From Armatimonadota bacterium (GTDB lineage Bacteria; Armatimonadota; Armatimonadia; Armatimonadales; Armatimonadaceae), in assembly GCA_043754515.1 (NCBI GenBank), contig JAYUUO010000196.1, forward strand, positions 1 to 31,141: a DNA stretch of 31,141 bases, given 5' to 3'. The notes under the pieces were generated by a model. The model was not told the origin of the DNA, did not search any database, and was given only the letters and a program-made list of their open reading frames with translations. Positions 7,200 through 16,675 of this stretch are shown here, piece by piece (within the stretch, counting starts at the first letter, position 1; each line of letters opens with the position of its first letter). The position numbers and the translations under genes were made by a program.

Positions 7200-10100
7200 T
7201 TATTCCAGGATGGTGATCGGGTGCTTAACGGTGATGTTCTCGCCGTTTTCGCCCCGCCCGTTGATTTCGACTATATAAGGGCCGCCAGGGATCGGGCTTC
7301 CATCCCGCGCCCGACCGTTCCAGACCAGTCGCGTCTCGGAGTTCGCGGTCACCGCGCGCCCGCCGTCGAAGTTGCCGATGAATTTCCCCTGAAGGTTAAT
7401 CACCCGTGCGTCTACATTGGCATCCGCCGTTGTGCGGAACGCGAGCGCGAAGTTCTTAGTGCCGTTCACGCCGCGTGTCCCGCTGTGGGTGATACGAACG
7501 TTGCTGAACGCCAGGGGGCGCGTCAACTGCCGGTCGGCTGTCACCACGAACCGGCTCGGCTTGCCCGCCGACACGTTGACCACGAGCGAAGAGGATCCGC
7601 TCATTGTCAGCGACCGGTTGGTCTGCTTATCGGTGAGTGTGAGTCGGACGTTGCGCGGGAGGCGAGACAGATTCGGCCAGGAAAGAGACACCGGCCCATC
7701 CTTGTCCGACGCGACTTCAATTTCCCATGTCTTCTTGCCGCCCGGTGCCTTCATGTCTTGCAGGAAGGCGCGGGTTTTGCCGCTCTTTACCTGGTGCAGG
7801 ACGCTGACCGCAACGTAGTCGCTCACGATCGGCGGCGGCTTCGGCAGGTCGGTGGAGTCGTCGCTGTCCTTCGAGTTCGGCGACACGCCGAGAAGCGTCG
7901 CGCTGTCCTGGGCGGAGGAGGCCACATCCGCCGCGACCCGCTTCGCACTGAGTTGCATCTTCCAATTTTCACTGGTCTGCGCCAGCGGGAAGGCTCGGCC
8001 CGAGAGGATCGCCCCCGCCGGTTCCTTTTTGCGCGTCACCGGGACGTTCCCGGTCGGGTCGGGTAGGAGCGCGGACTGCTTCTGCGACGGCACGGCGATG
8101 CGCAGGATCTTACGATCCTCGACGAAGATCCAGTACCCCTGGTACGGCTTCAACTCCTGGGTGAAGTCTTGGAAGAAGTCGTAGTCACGTTTATCCGGGT
8201 TGTAGAAGAAAATTCCCCCGCGCACCAGGCCGCTCGCCACCGCGTCCGGGAAGTAGGTCAGATTCAGGTCCGAGTTCGGATCGTTATTGTCAATGTTGGC
8301 GAGGCTGATGAACGACACCGGCACGCCATATACCCACGGGTTCGAGATCATGTTCCAGCCGCGCTCCAGCACGATCTGGAAGAACTGCACCCGCGACGTG
8401 GTGTCCGGCGGGGTCGCCTGCGTGTCAGGACGCGCCCCTTTCAGGAACAGGAGGCGCGACAGGGCGGGGCGGTAGAAATAGGCGACCCCGCGCTCGATGG
8501 TGGTCACCGCCTGATACTTACCGGCTCCCGTGATGGAATCCGGGTCCGGTATCCACTTGTACAATATGCTACTACCGGGGTTGGTGTCGGCCGGTTTGGA
8601 AAGCCCGTTAAAGATACTGGTCGTGTCGTTGTTGTTCGTCACCGACTTGTCGAACTCGAACGGGAAGCCGATCATCTGATAGTAGTCCGCCGACACGTTG
8701 ACGAGCGGCGTCGCTGGGATCGTAATCGCGCGGCTGACCGTGCGCGAAAGCGGCGATATACCGCCCACGATGGCCGTCATCTGGTAGGAGAACGTGCCGA
8801 ACAATCTTCCAGTCGGTTCCACGGTCCAGGCCGCGACCTTGTCCGTGTCGCCTGGTATATCCCCTACCGATTTTGTCGCTGTGTCGGGTGCTCCCGTGAT
8901 CGGGCTGGTGGTGAATCGGAGCGCGTCAGGGAGCGTGATATTCATCTTAACATCTTTGAGCGTGATGTCAAACTGCGCCTCGGAGAGTTGCCGGTTATAC
9001 ACACTCCCGTAGATCGTAAGGGCCTGGGGCGTCAGGAACTGCCGCGCCGTGATGTCGAGCGACGGGTTGGCGCGTTGCTGGTCATTCAACGTATTAGCCG
9101 CATTGGAGTTGTACTGAAACGCTTCCTCCGTCTCGGTACCGATGGTGAAGTCAGGGTCCAGGCTATCCGTCGAGTCGCCGTTGCCGTAGTATGTGATGGT
9201 AGGCGCGGAGGTAGAGCCGGGCGCGACCTGTATCGGGCCGAAGTACACGGCGACCGCCGTGCCATTTTCCATCTTATCGAGCCGCTTCCCGTTATCGGGC
9301 GGTGCGAACGAACCCGCGTTCGGGAATCCCGCCGTTGGCAACGGGTACAAATCCTGGCTGTCGCCGACGAACACGGTCGAGGGGATCGTCGCCCCGAACC
9401 CGTTCAGGATGAAGCGGGAGTGATACGGCTCGACGAAGGTGTTATCTACCTGGTAGCGGGCACCGAGCATGTTGATCTCATTCGGCACCGCGCTCGTCAC
9501 GCCGCCACCATTGCCGTAGATCTGTGCCCGGAGCGTTGGCCCCTTGTTCGGGTCTACGTAAAAGAATGCGTTGTTGATCCGCGTGGTGCCGAGGTGGCCA
9601 GTGGAGTTGGCGTCAATACGCTCGGAGTTAGCGACACGCTGGTTGACCACGAATTTGATGTATACCGTGTGGCTGATGGTGTCGCTATTGACCGCCTGCC
9701 ATTTTAGTTGCGCTGTGTTACGGAGGAGACGGATCTCCTGTCGGAGCGATACCTTGCTAGAACCTAGCGGTGCCACGGACAGCAAATACTTGTCGCCTGG
9801 TGCGGATATCACCGTCGGGGTGGTGTCCCATTTACCGTCGCTTCCCACCACCGGAACCGATGTGCCACCCGCCGCGCCGCCGGTCGCCGTCGGTACCCCG
9901 TCCACGTTTGCCGCGATGTAGGACGAGTAATCGAACTTCTGGATGCCCGTGATTATCGGCGCGAGAAAATAGCCTGGCAATGGCCAGACTCCGTATCCGG
10001 ACGGTACGCCACCGCCGTTCTGGCCATAAGTCCCCCCCCCGTCATAGGAGTCACCGAAGCCGAAACCGTTGAGTGCCCGCTTATTATCATTTGCTATGCG

Positions 10101-10511
10101 CAGACTACCACCAAGGTTTCCGAACGAGAGCGCCCCCGCTACCTGGATGGACAAAGAGATGGCGTTGGAAGAGATCTGCCCCTCAGCATAAGAAGTCGAC
10201 CGGTCCGCGTTCACGCCTTGCACCACGGCCATGTATGGGTTTGCGATAAAGTTATAAAGTGTACCGGTAGGGTCAACCGGGGTTTTAGAGTCCCCCGGTT
10301 GCTGTGCGGCGGCGAAGCCGAGTAGTTGCTTCACAACCAGGCCGTTGCGCGCTTGCTGCAAACCAATCGTCTGCGCGGATGCGGCGGACGCTAGCCCGGT
10401 CGCGAGCATCCCCGTGAGGATCACCGCGTCGAAGCGACGTGATCGGTGCCGACGGGGCGCGCCAACCGCACCGTCGGATAGAGTCTGTAAAAATTGAGTG
10501 AAAACGCTCAT
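7200..10511 (-). CDS. Large exported beta-rich protein with shared C-terminal module and FlgD-Ig domain
   Basis: Start moved to ATG 10511 (GAGG upstream; the longer start runs through intergenic hairpins). Signal peptide ending ASA. C-terminal LVWNGRARDGSPIPGGPYIVEI is the FlgD-Ig signature. Confidence 0.8.
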   Translation of the reverse strand: MSVFTQFLQTLSDGAVGAPRRHRSRRFDAVILTGMLATGLASAASAQTIGLQQARNGLVVKQLLGFAAAQQPGDSKTPVDPTGTLYNFIANPYMAVVQGVNADRSTSYAEGQISSNAISLSIQVAGALSFGNLGGSLRIANDNKRALNGFGFGDSYDGGGTYGQNGGGVPSGYGVWPLPGYFLAPIITGIQKFDYSSYIAANVDGVPTATGGAAGGTSVPVVGSDGKWDTTPTVISAPGDKYLLSVAPLGSSKVSLRQEIRLLRNTAQLKWQAVNSDTISHTVYIKFVVNQRVANSERIDANSTGHLGTTRINNAFFYVDPNKGPTLRAQIYGNGGGVTSAVPNEINMLGARYQVDNTFVEPYHSRFILNGFGATIPSTVFVGDSQDLYPLPTAGFPNAGSFAPPDNGKRLDKMENGTAVAVYFGPIQVAPGSTSAPTITYYGNGDSTDSLDPDFTIGTETEEAFQYNSNAANTLNDQQRANPSLDITARQFLTPQALTIYGSVYNRQLSEAQFDITLKDVKMNITLPDALRFTTSPITGAPDTATKSVGDIPGDTDKVAAWTVEPTGRLFGTFSYQMTAIVGGISPLSRTVSRAITIPATPLVNVSADYYQMIGFPFEFDKSVTNNNDTTSIFNGLSKPADTNPGSSILYKWIPDPDSITGAGKYQAVTTIERGVAYFYRPALSRLLFLKGARPDTQATPPDTTSRVQFFQIVLERGWNMISNPWVYGVPVSFISLANIDNNDPNSDLNLTYFPDAVASGLVRGGIFFYNPDKRDYDFFQDFTQELKPYQGYWIFVEDRKILRIAVPSQKQSALLPDPTGNVPVTRKKEPAGAILSGRAFPLAQTSENWKMQLSAKRVAADVASSAQDSATLLGVSPNSKDSDDSTDLPKPPPIVSDYVAVSVLHQVKSGKTRAFLQDMKAPGGKKTWEIEVASDKDGPVSLSWPNLSRLPRNVRLTLTDKQTNRSLTMSGSSSLVVNVSAGKPSRFVVTADRQLTRPLAFSNVRITHSGTRGVNGTKNFALAFRTTADANVDARVINLQGKFIGNFDGGRAVTANSETRLVWNGRARDGSPIPGGPYIVEINGRGENGENITVKHPITILE

Positions 10512-10535
10512 AACTGGTTTATTGTCCTCGAAAGG

Positions 10536-10584
10536 CGCGGCTCTGCCGCATCGAGCCGCGACCGCCGCGCTTCGCGCGGCGGTC
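10536..10584 (-). other. Tandem intergenic stem-loops (8-bp and 11-bp stems)
   Basis: CGCGGCTC/GAGCCGCG (10536-10560) and GACCGCCGCGC-TTC-GCGCGGCGGTC (10560-10584; GAA triloop on the coding strand). Confidence 0.75.
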
Positions 10585-10593
10585 ATCGGCTCC

Positions 10594-13500
10594 TTACTGT
10601 AGATAAGTAATGGGACGCTTAACGGTGGTGACTTCCCCGCTATCCGTGCGTGCCGTAATCTCTAGAACGTACGCACCTGACGGTACCCCGGATCCTTCTC
10701 GCGATCTTCCGTCCCATTGCAGGAGCACATCACCGGACGCGACGGCGCGGGTCGGTCCGTTCAGCACATTCACGACCTTGCCACTCAGCGTCTGGACCGT
10801 CGCTTGCACCTCGGCGTCCTGCGAAAGAGCGAAACGCACATTCACGCCGTGCTGTTGCGCCCGTCCCCCACCGACAGAGACCGCGCGAATGTTCCGAATC
10901 TGGAGCGGCCCTCCGCTGTTGCCAGGAGACAGAGAAACAGTAAATAGTCGCGTCGCGCCCGCCTCGACGTTCTTATACGTGTAGGAGGATTGTCCGTTCA
11001 TCGAAATCGTCTTTCCACTCACGGTGTCGTGGAGTGTCAGACGGGCGCGGGACGGCAGGTTCCGCATTCCATCCCACGTCATCACCACGTCGGTATTGCC
11101 CTTGCCCGCGCCAACCGCCACCGTCCACTCTGCCTTCTGCCGTCCCGCCGTCAGCGGACGCATGTCGAAGGCGTACGCGGCTTTGCGGCCCCGCTTGTCC
11201 GTTCCCAAAAAGCGCACGTCGGCATGACTCGGACCTGTCGGTGGCTTCTGGACATCGAACTTATCCTCGCCATCGTTCGCGCCGCGAACCTGACCGAAGT
11301 AGTTCTCGGCGTCCCGATCCCCGGCCACGCTCGCCGAAAGGCGCACGCGCCATCCCGCGCCCGCCAACGAGGGGGCATTCGTTGCGACCGCCCGTGACTG
11401 GAGCGTCGCCGTGGCGCGGGTCGGCGGCACCACTATCGTGCAGTCCTGCAACGCGCGCACCCAGTAGGCATGGAACGGGAGTAGCTGTCCGTCCGGCGCG
11501 ATGCTGTAGAAGTAGTTGCGCGTCGGAACATCCCAGCCGACGAGTTGCGCGTTGATGATCTGCGCGTCTATGGCCTGCCGCAGGGTATAGTCGCGAGTCC
11601 CAACCGGCGTCTGCTGGCGCACGGTCACCGCGCCCCAGTTGACGGGGAACCCGAACGGGGCACCGATCAGATTCCAACCCGCCACATCCCGGAAGTTCCC
11701 CTGATCATCCTGAACCCCGAAGAGCGGTATCGCTACCGGGTCGGTGGCTGGCGTGCCGCTGGTTTCCAGCAACCGCGTGTCGCTTATATTCATCCAGTAG
11801 CCGACCCCTATGGGCGCGATGGACGTTGTCGGGTCGCCCGTGCTGAAGGCGAGGGGCACCGGGGGACGGTTTGGGTGCAACTTATCGCTCGAATGAGTCT
11901 GGTTATTGAAGCGGGCATAGGATTCGTCCACGCCGCCATCGCCGGGCTGGTAGCGGAAGTAACCCACCCCGGCGGAACCGAGCGGGTTCAGCGGATCGAA
12001 CCGATTCACGGAGAACCCGTTGCTAACGCCGAGTACCTGTTGTTCGGGCGTGACGCCGTTGCTCGCGGGTTTGAACGGCACCGAGAAGAGTGTCAACCCG
12101 ATCGGTTGGTTGTAGTCGAGCACCTCGAAGAACTGCGTCTGCGAGATAACCGCCCCCCGGTAATTCAGGCTCACGAGTGCCTTATAGCGGTTCGCCTGGA
12201 GACGGATCAGGGGCGCGGGTATGGTGAACGTTTTCGTCGTGAAGGGCGATTCGCCGGGGTTCGGCTTCGGAAAGGTGTTCGACGCCTGATTCACCGATAT
12301 AAGGCTCGTCGAGGGAGTGGTTGCCTGCTGTATTTGTAGGGACAGGGAGTTGATATTGGGATCCGCGGCGATAGCCCGCGCGACGTTCCCGACGCCGGTG
12401 ATGCGTGCGACGATAGGTTGCGACCGGAAGTAGGTAGTGCCGAGGTCGGTCACTCCCGAGGTACCGAGCGACGCGATACCGACCGGGGTTCCACCAATCA
12501 GCGACATTTTCGGCAGGAGCGCGTTCGCCACGTTTAACAGACCCGCGCCGTATGCCGACTGAGAAGTGACGGGTATGCTCCCAGTACCTATCCGGTTCGG
12601 GTCCGGGAGCGGCGTAGCCGAACCCGTCAACAGCCCCGGAATCTCAGCGGCAGTGGCACCTGCGGCCGCGAGGAGCGCGACGGCCCCGGTCACCTGTGGG
12701 CACGCCATGGATGTCCCTTGAGCCCAGGCATAGCCAGGCGACTTCACTAGAGCGGCACCGGCGATGGTTGTCCCGGACACGGGGAACGTGGAGAGGATAC
12801 GAGTCGCCGCCGCGACCACCGGGTTGTCGTAGTTGATTGCTAGGTCGCCGCCTGGTGCCGCTATAGTTGTGTTGCCCCCATAGTTGCTATAGGAGGCCAA
12901 TTGCGCCTGGCTATTCAACGCGCTGACGGCGATCACACTCGGGTAGTTTGCTGGGTACTCGGGGAAGATGTTGGCGTCCACCCCTCTGTTCCCATTCGCG
13001 GCGACCACAAGGGTTCCGCTGGCAATGGCATTCTCAACTACTTGCTGGAGTGGGGCACTAATGCCGGTTCCCCCCAAACTCATGTTAATCGCCACGCAAC
13101 CCTTACTGACAGCTAAATTGACCGCCGCGATCAGACTACCGTCCGTGAACCCTTCATAAGAGCCTATCACTTTACCGGTGTTGTCGATCACGGTAATTAT
13201 GCTGGACGCTTTGATAGGGAACAGCTTAATGTTGACGCCGAACCCGTCGTAGCCCGCCACGCCCGTTACACCGATGCCGTTGTTGGCAACGGCTGATATA
13301 GTGCCGGCGGTATGCACCCCGTGTCCGTCGCTAGAGGCGACATTGGCTGCTCCGGTCGCGAATATGCTCGAGTCCGAGGTGCTAACTGGATCTATATACA
13401 CTGGCGAACCGTTGCGGAAGAAGTCAGGGTGCCCGATCTCAAACCCGTTGTCTATATCCGCCACGATCACTGGCAACGATGAGGTTTGCAGATTCCACGC

Positions 13501-14103
13501 CTGAGGCATATTAATCATGCGCTTGTCCCATTGGTCGCCGAAGAAGGGGTCGTTGGGAGTAATAGTAGGTAGCGTGGTAACATTGCCCACGGATATCCCC
13601 GTTTGACGCGACGTCATGCGAATATAGTTGGGGTCGGCGAGCATGTCAGGTTGCGCGGCTTTGAGTGCCGTGATTGCAACCAGCGTCTCGCTTGTAGGTG
13701 CCTCGCTTATATGATCTGGCGGCGTTCCCGCCCTGCCGCGCATGGTCGTGGCTTGGATCCGGCCGCGCGTGACCGTCACCGGTGCCGCGACGCTTTTCAG
13801 GCGCAACAGATAGTAGGAGGGCGATCCCGCGATGGCACCGACCACGTTGCACTGAGCGGCGTCGGCCAGTTGCGCGACGCGGGCGGGGCCGATCCCGGCG
13901 GGTACCCAAATCACGATCTCACCGCGCATCGCCAGCACATCCGTGTTACCGGCGGCGGACGCGGCGGGGGCCGCGAGTAGCGTCGTCAGCGTGACCGCGC
14001 CCCCGGCAAGAAGTGACAGACTACAGAAGGTCGCCAGACTCGCCGCGACGGGAGAGGACGCCCGGAATATTCGTTTCGTCGGTTTCGGTAGGAACGGACA
14101 CAT
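10594..14103 (-). CDS. S8 (subtilisin-family) serine peptidase with prodomain, shared C-terminal module and FlgD-Ig domain
   Basis: Catalytic triad motifs VADIDNG, HGVHTAG and GTSMACP; oxyanion-hole region AANGN. C-terminal LQWDGRSREGSGVPSGAYVL. Start set at ATG 14103 (AAGGA upstream); GTG 14190 is an alternative. Confidence 0.92.
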   Translation of the reverse strand: MCPFLPKPTKRIFRASSPVAASLATFCSLSLLAGGAVTLTTLLAAPAASAAGNTDVLAMRGEIVIWVPAGIGPARVAQLADAAQCNVVGAIAGSPSYYLLRLKSVAAPVTVTRGRIQATTMRGRAGTPPDHISEAPTSETLVAITALKAAQPDMLADPNYIRMTSRQTGISVGNVTTLPTITPNDPFFGDQWDKRMINMPQAWNLQTSSLPVIVADIDNGFEIGHPDFFRNGSPVYIDPVSTSDSSIFATGAANVASSDGHGVHTAGTISAVANNGIGVTGVAGYDGFGVNIKLFPIKASSIITVIDNTGKVIGSYEGFTDGSLIAAVNLAVSKGCVAINMSLGGTGISAPLQQVVENAIASGTLVVAANGNRGVDANIFPEYPANYPSVIAVSALNSQAQLASYSNYGGNTTIAAPGGDLAINYDNPVVAAATRILSTFPVSGTTIAGAALVKSPGYAWAQGTSMACPQVTGAVALLAAAGATAAEIPGLLTGSATPLPDPNRIGTGSIPVTSQSAYGAGLLNVANALLPKMSLIGGTPVGIASLGTSGVTDLGTTYFRSQPIVARITGVGNVARAIAADPNINSLSLQIQQATTPSTSLISVNQASNTFPKPNPGESPFTTKTFTIPAPLIRLQANRYKALVSLNYRGAVISQTQFFEVLDYNQPIGLTLFSVPFKPASNGVTPEQQVLGVSNGFSVNRFDPLNPLGSAGVGYFRYQPGDGGVDESYARFNNQTHSSDKLHPNRPPVPLAFSTGDPTTSIAPIGVGYWMNISDTRLLETSGTPATDPVAIPLFGVQDDQGNFRDVAGWNLIGAPFGFPVNWGAVTVRQQTPVGTRDYTLRQAIDAQIINAQLVGWDVPTRNYFYSIAPDGQLLPFHAYWVRALQDCTIVVPPTRATATLQSRAVATNAPSLAGAGWRVRLSASVAGDRDAENYFGQVRGANDGEDKFDVQKPPTGPSHADVRFLGTDKRGRKAAYAFDMRPLTAGRQKAEWTVAVGAGKGNTDVVMTWDGMRNLPSRARLTLHDTVSGKTISMNGQSSYTYKNVEAGATRLFTVSLSPGNSGGPLQIRNIRAVSVGGGRAQQHGVNVRFALSQDAEVQATVQTLSGKVVNVLNGPTRAVASGDVLLQWDGRSREGSGVPSGAYVLEITARTDSGEVTTVKRPITYLQ

Positions 14104-14222
14104 GGATAGTTCGATTTCCTTGGGTGTGAATCGCCTTCGGTTTGTACCAGGCAGTTGATGATAGAGCACCCCATACGCGGGGTGTAGCACGCGACACTAA
14201 AATTAGACACGACATGCGGGTC

Positions 14223-14270
14223 GCGGCGCGGCGGAGATTCGTTCGTCCTGTGAACGCCTCCCCGCGCCGC
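14223..14270 (-). other. Long imperfect intergenic stem-loop
   Basis: GCGGCGCGG (14223-14231) / CCGCGCCGC (14262-14270), with inner GGAG/CTCC and CGTTC/GAACG pairs. Confidence 0.65.
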
Positions 14271-14301
14271 TCTGGCCCCGTCTTCGATTCAGATGTCCAT
14301 C

Positions 14302-16386
14302 CTACGGAGGCGTAGGAGGCGTATCCAGTTTGGTGAAGAATTGCTCTCCGCCGCTGTAGATATACGCGTCGCCGTTCGGGACGCCTTTCTGACTCGCTGC
14401 CAGTGGTCCGGGACTGTCCAGCAGACTCCGCACGCCGACCCGGTAGAAGATTCGCGTTCTTCCCGGCAGGTTATTGAATTGGGCCTCTTTAGACAGGTCG
14501 TAAACGACGGCTGATGCCGCCAATCCCGTCCCATTCTGGAAGAAGGGCTGCGTGGTCCCGTTGCGTTGGGCAATGATCTTCCGGTCAGAGAAACTCGGCG
14601 AGGTAGCGAACTCGACGATGTAGTTGTCTCCCCCGACCACTGTATTGAATCGCACCGAAACGTTGCTCAGGTTCTGATCTCCCGTAGGCCCCGTCACGGT
14701 CGGTCGTGCCAGCGCGGTTGCCGTCCCGCTCTCGCTTACCAGCGGCGTCTCCTTATAGAAGAAGTTGCCGGTGGTGTTCCCGCCACCGCCGCCTCCAACA
14801 CCACCACCGCCACCTCCAACACCGCCACCGCCACCTCCAACACCGCCACCGCCACCTCCAACACCGCCACCGCCGCCTCCAACACCGCCACCGCCGGTCG
14901 TGCCGGTATTAGTGGAGCCCGCCGCCCGCACCTGAGCGAACAGGACGGTCACCGCGTACCGGTGTGGCACGCCGACTTGCAAGCCAGTTAAAGTCGTCGT
15001 CTGGAGCGCGATCGAGATCGGATCGGCCGGCGAATTGCTCGCCGTATTACCGCCCGTGGTGTTCCCACCCGTGGTAGTCGTTGTCCCCGTGGTAGTCGTC
15101 CCACCTGTTGTTGTCGTGCCACTCGTCGTTGACGGCGAGGTTTTTTGGGAGCCACCAAACACGATGTAGTTATAGGACAAGCCTTGCCCGGCCAGTTCGG
15201 ACGAGTCCACATATCGGGTCGTAGTCTGGCTAGTGCTACCGATGATCTGGCCGTCGCGGTAGACGTGGTACTCGATCACGCGGTTGATCGGGATATCCGG
15301 TGCCGGCTTCCAATTGATCTGGACTCGCCCGGAGGAGGTACCGTTCGCAATGTCGCTCGGCTCGGAGAAGGCGCGCGCTTCCACGCTCGCTCCGCTCCCA
15401 TTAGTGCGCGATTTCGGATCCAGCACTAACGTAGCGATTATGATCGCCGCGGCGATGCCGAGAACAACCGCGAGAATGCTCTTATTCGTTTTGTGACGCG
15501 GCTTGTAAGATTCGATAGATTTAAGCGGCGTCTTCGTTATCGTGCCGAAGCCATCTACCACGTAGCCGGGCAACTGGAATACCGCCTTCGCCTTGTCTTC
15601 AGGGCGGATGCCCTTGCCGATGTCGGTAATGTTCGCCTGGGAGGTGGTGGAGCGGACGGTGCCAACCTTGACGCGCCCGACCCGGTCCGTTCCCCGGAAC
15701 ACGACCATCTCGAGACCCGCCGCGAGACCGTCCTGTGCGCCCCGGTTCAGGACCACTTCCGTGTTGTCGCGTACCTGGAGAACTGTAGCGGATGGGAGCG
15801 TGTAGGACGTGATTGTACGCACGGCGTTGAACGCCGCGTTCTGGATCGCGTCGGAGAGCAGTTTCTCATCGTCCGCCTGGAATCCCGGCGCGGGGGCGGG
15901 CGAGAAGCCGGTCTCGATAGCACCATTGGCGAGTTCACCGCTGTTCACGTCGGTGAGACGCACCGAGAGGGTGACACGGGCGCGGCGCGGGTTCTCCTGG
16001 AACTTGACATCCACGATGTCGCCGGAGGCGACGAAATCGGTGCCGAGGTTCTGCCCGAGTTTTTGGATGCCGATGTTATCGAGCGGGATCGCGAGGCCGA
16101 GGTCGGCGAGTTGCTGATTCACGGTCGCCCTAGGCGTCACGTCGTATCGCTGGCTACGCGTCATCTCGATCACTACCGCGTCCGTCGCGTTCCGCCCCAG
16201 GATGCCGCTCGCCTTGACAGCGGGTATCACGCCGAAGTCGAGCACCGCGACCTGCGGCAGTCTTGCCACCTGTGCCATCGCGTGCTTAGCAGGTAGCCCC
16301 ATCACCAGCAATGGAAGAAAGAGAGCCATCACTAACAGGTAGCTGATGCGCTTACCCCATTCACTTCCGTACACCCAGTATCTCAA
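14302..16386 (-). CDS. CsgG/HfaB-like N-domain + FlgT-C-like domain + internal hydrophobic helix + Fn3-like region with Thr/Gly-rich linkers
   Basis: TTG start with GGAGG RBS; signal peptide ending AMA. VAVLDF...ATDAVVIEM...YDVTPR...LGTDFVASGDI...VRLTDVNSGE is CsgG-like. VVLNRGAQDGL..G..MVVFR....VGRVKV is FlgT-C-like. Hydrophobic segment ILAVVLGIAAAIIIATLVL; INW...YHVYRDG is Fn3-like. Confidence 0.75.
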   Translation of the reverse strand: MRYWVYGSEWGKRISYLLVMALFLPLLVMGLPAKHAMAQVARLPQVAVLDFGVIPAVKASGILGRNATDAVVIEMTRSQRYDVTPRATVNQQLADLGLAIPLDNIGIQKLGQNLGTDFVASGDIVDVKFQENPRRARVTLSVRLTDVNSGELANGAIETGFSPAPAPGFQADDEKLLSDAIQNAAFNAVRTITSYTLPSATVLQVRDNTEVVLNRGAQDGLAAGLEMVVFRGTDRVGRVKVGTVRSTTSQANITDIGKGIRPEDKAKAVFQLPGYVVDGFGTITKTPLKSIESYKPRHKTNKSILAVVLGIAAAIIIATLVLDPKSRTNGSGASVEARAFSEPSDIANGTSSGRVQINWKPAPDIPINRVIEYHVYRDGQIIGSTSQTTTRYVDSSELAGQGLSYNYIVFGGSQKTSPSTTSGTTTTGGTTTTGTTTTTGGNTTGGNTASNSPADPISIALQTTTLTGLQVGVPHRYAVTVLFAQVRAAGSTNTGTTGGGGVGGGGGGVGGGGGGVGGGGGGVGGGGGGVGGGGGGNTTGNFFYKETPLVSESGTATALARPTVTGPTGDQNLSNVSVRFNTVVGGDNYIVEFATSPSFSDRKIIAQRNGTTQPFFQNGTGLAASAVVYDLSKEAQFNNLPGRTRIFYRVGVRSLLDSPGPLAASQKGVPNGDAYIYSGGEQFFTKLDTPPTPP
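14780..14895 (-). repeat. Coding tandem repeat, ~5.5 x 21 bp, encoding (GGGGGGV)n
   Basis: Unit CCGCCACCGCC(A/G)CCTCCAACA repeated head-to-tail without spacers; one unit carries an extra substitution. Confidence 0.95.
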
Positions 16387-16475
16387 GCGTTTATCCTCCG
16401 TCTCCGGTCATCATCGGCCCGCCGCCCGGTTGCGCAGTTGTCTAAATTTCGGCGAACCGTTTTTCGTGGCAAAAT

Positions 16476-16494
16476 CGCTTAGGTTTCCTAAGCG
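16476..16494. promoter_or_regulatory. Perfect 8-bp inverted repeat in the 289-bp gap upstream of the CsgG-like gene (operator or attenuator candidate)
   Basis: CGCTTAGG-TTT-CCTAAGCG, flanked by A-runs; ATTTT follows on the coding strand. Confidence 0.4.
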
Positions 16495-16626
16495 CAAAAA
16501 TCGTCGTTGTTCCCAAAACCGTTGCTTGCAACAGTCTCTTTATGGGTTTGAAGCGATATGGCGGCGAGAGTTTCACTTCCCGCCCCAGCAACACACCCTA
16601 TATTCTTCACACCCCTCGTGTTTCCC

Positions 16627-16665
16627 TTCCCGGGCGCGGCAATGATTTTGCCGCGCCCAGGGGAA
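16627..16665 (-). other. Stem-loop just after the giant gene's stop (terminator or mRNA stabiliser)
   Basis: GGGCGCGGCAA (16632-16642) / TTGCCGCGCCC (16648-16658), extendable by TTCCC/GGGAA. Confidence 0.7.
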
Positions 16666-16675
16666 CCGCTGATCA

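Noticed and set aside
10512..10586. Longest-ORF N-terminal extensions (10586, 14190, 30132, 1376)
   Set aside because: They run through intergenic hairpins or promoter-like sequence; downstream starts have better RBS, signal-peptide spacing or family length.
14780..14895. 21-bp repeats as a CRISPR array
   Set aside because: No spacers; head-to-tail, in-frame poly-Gly coding repeat; no cas genes in the window.
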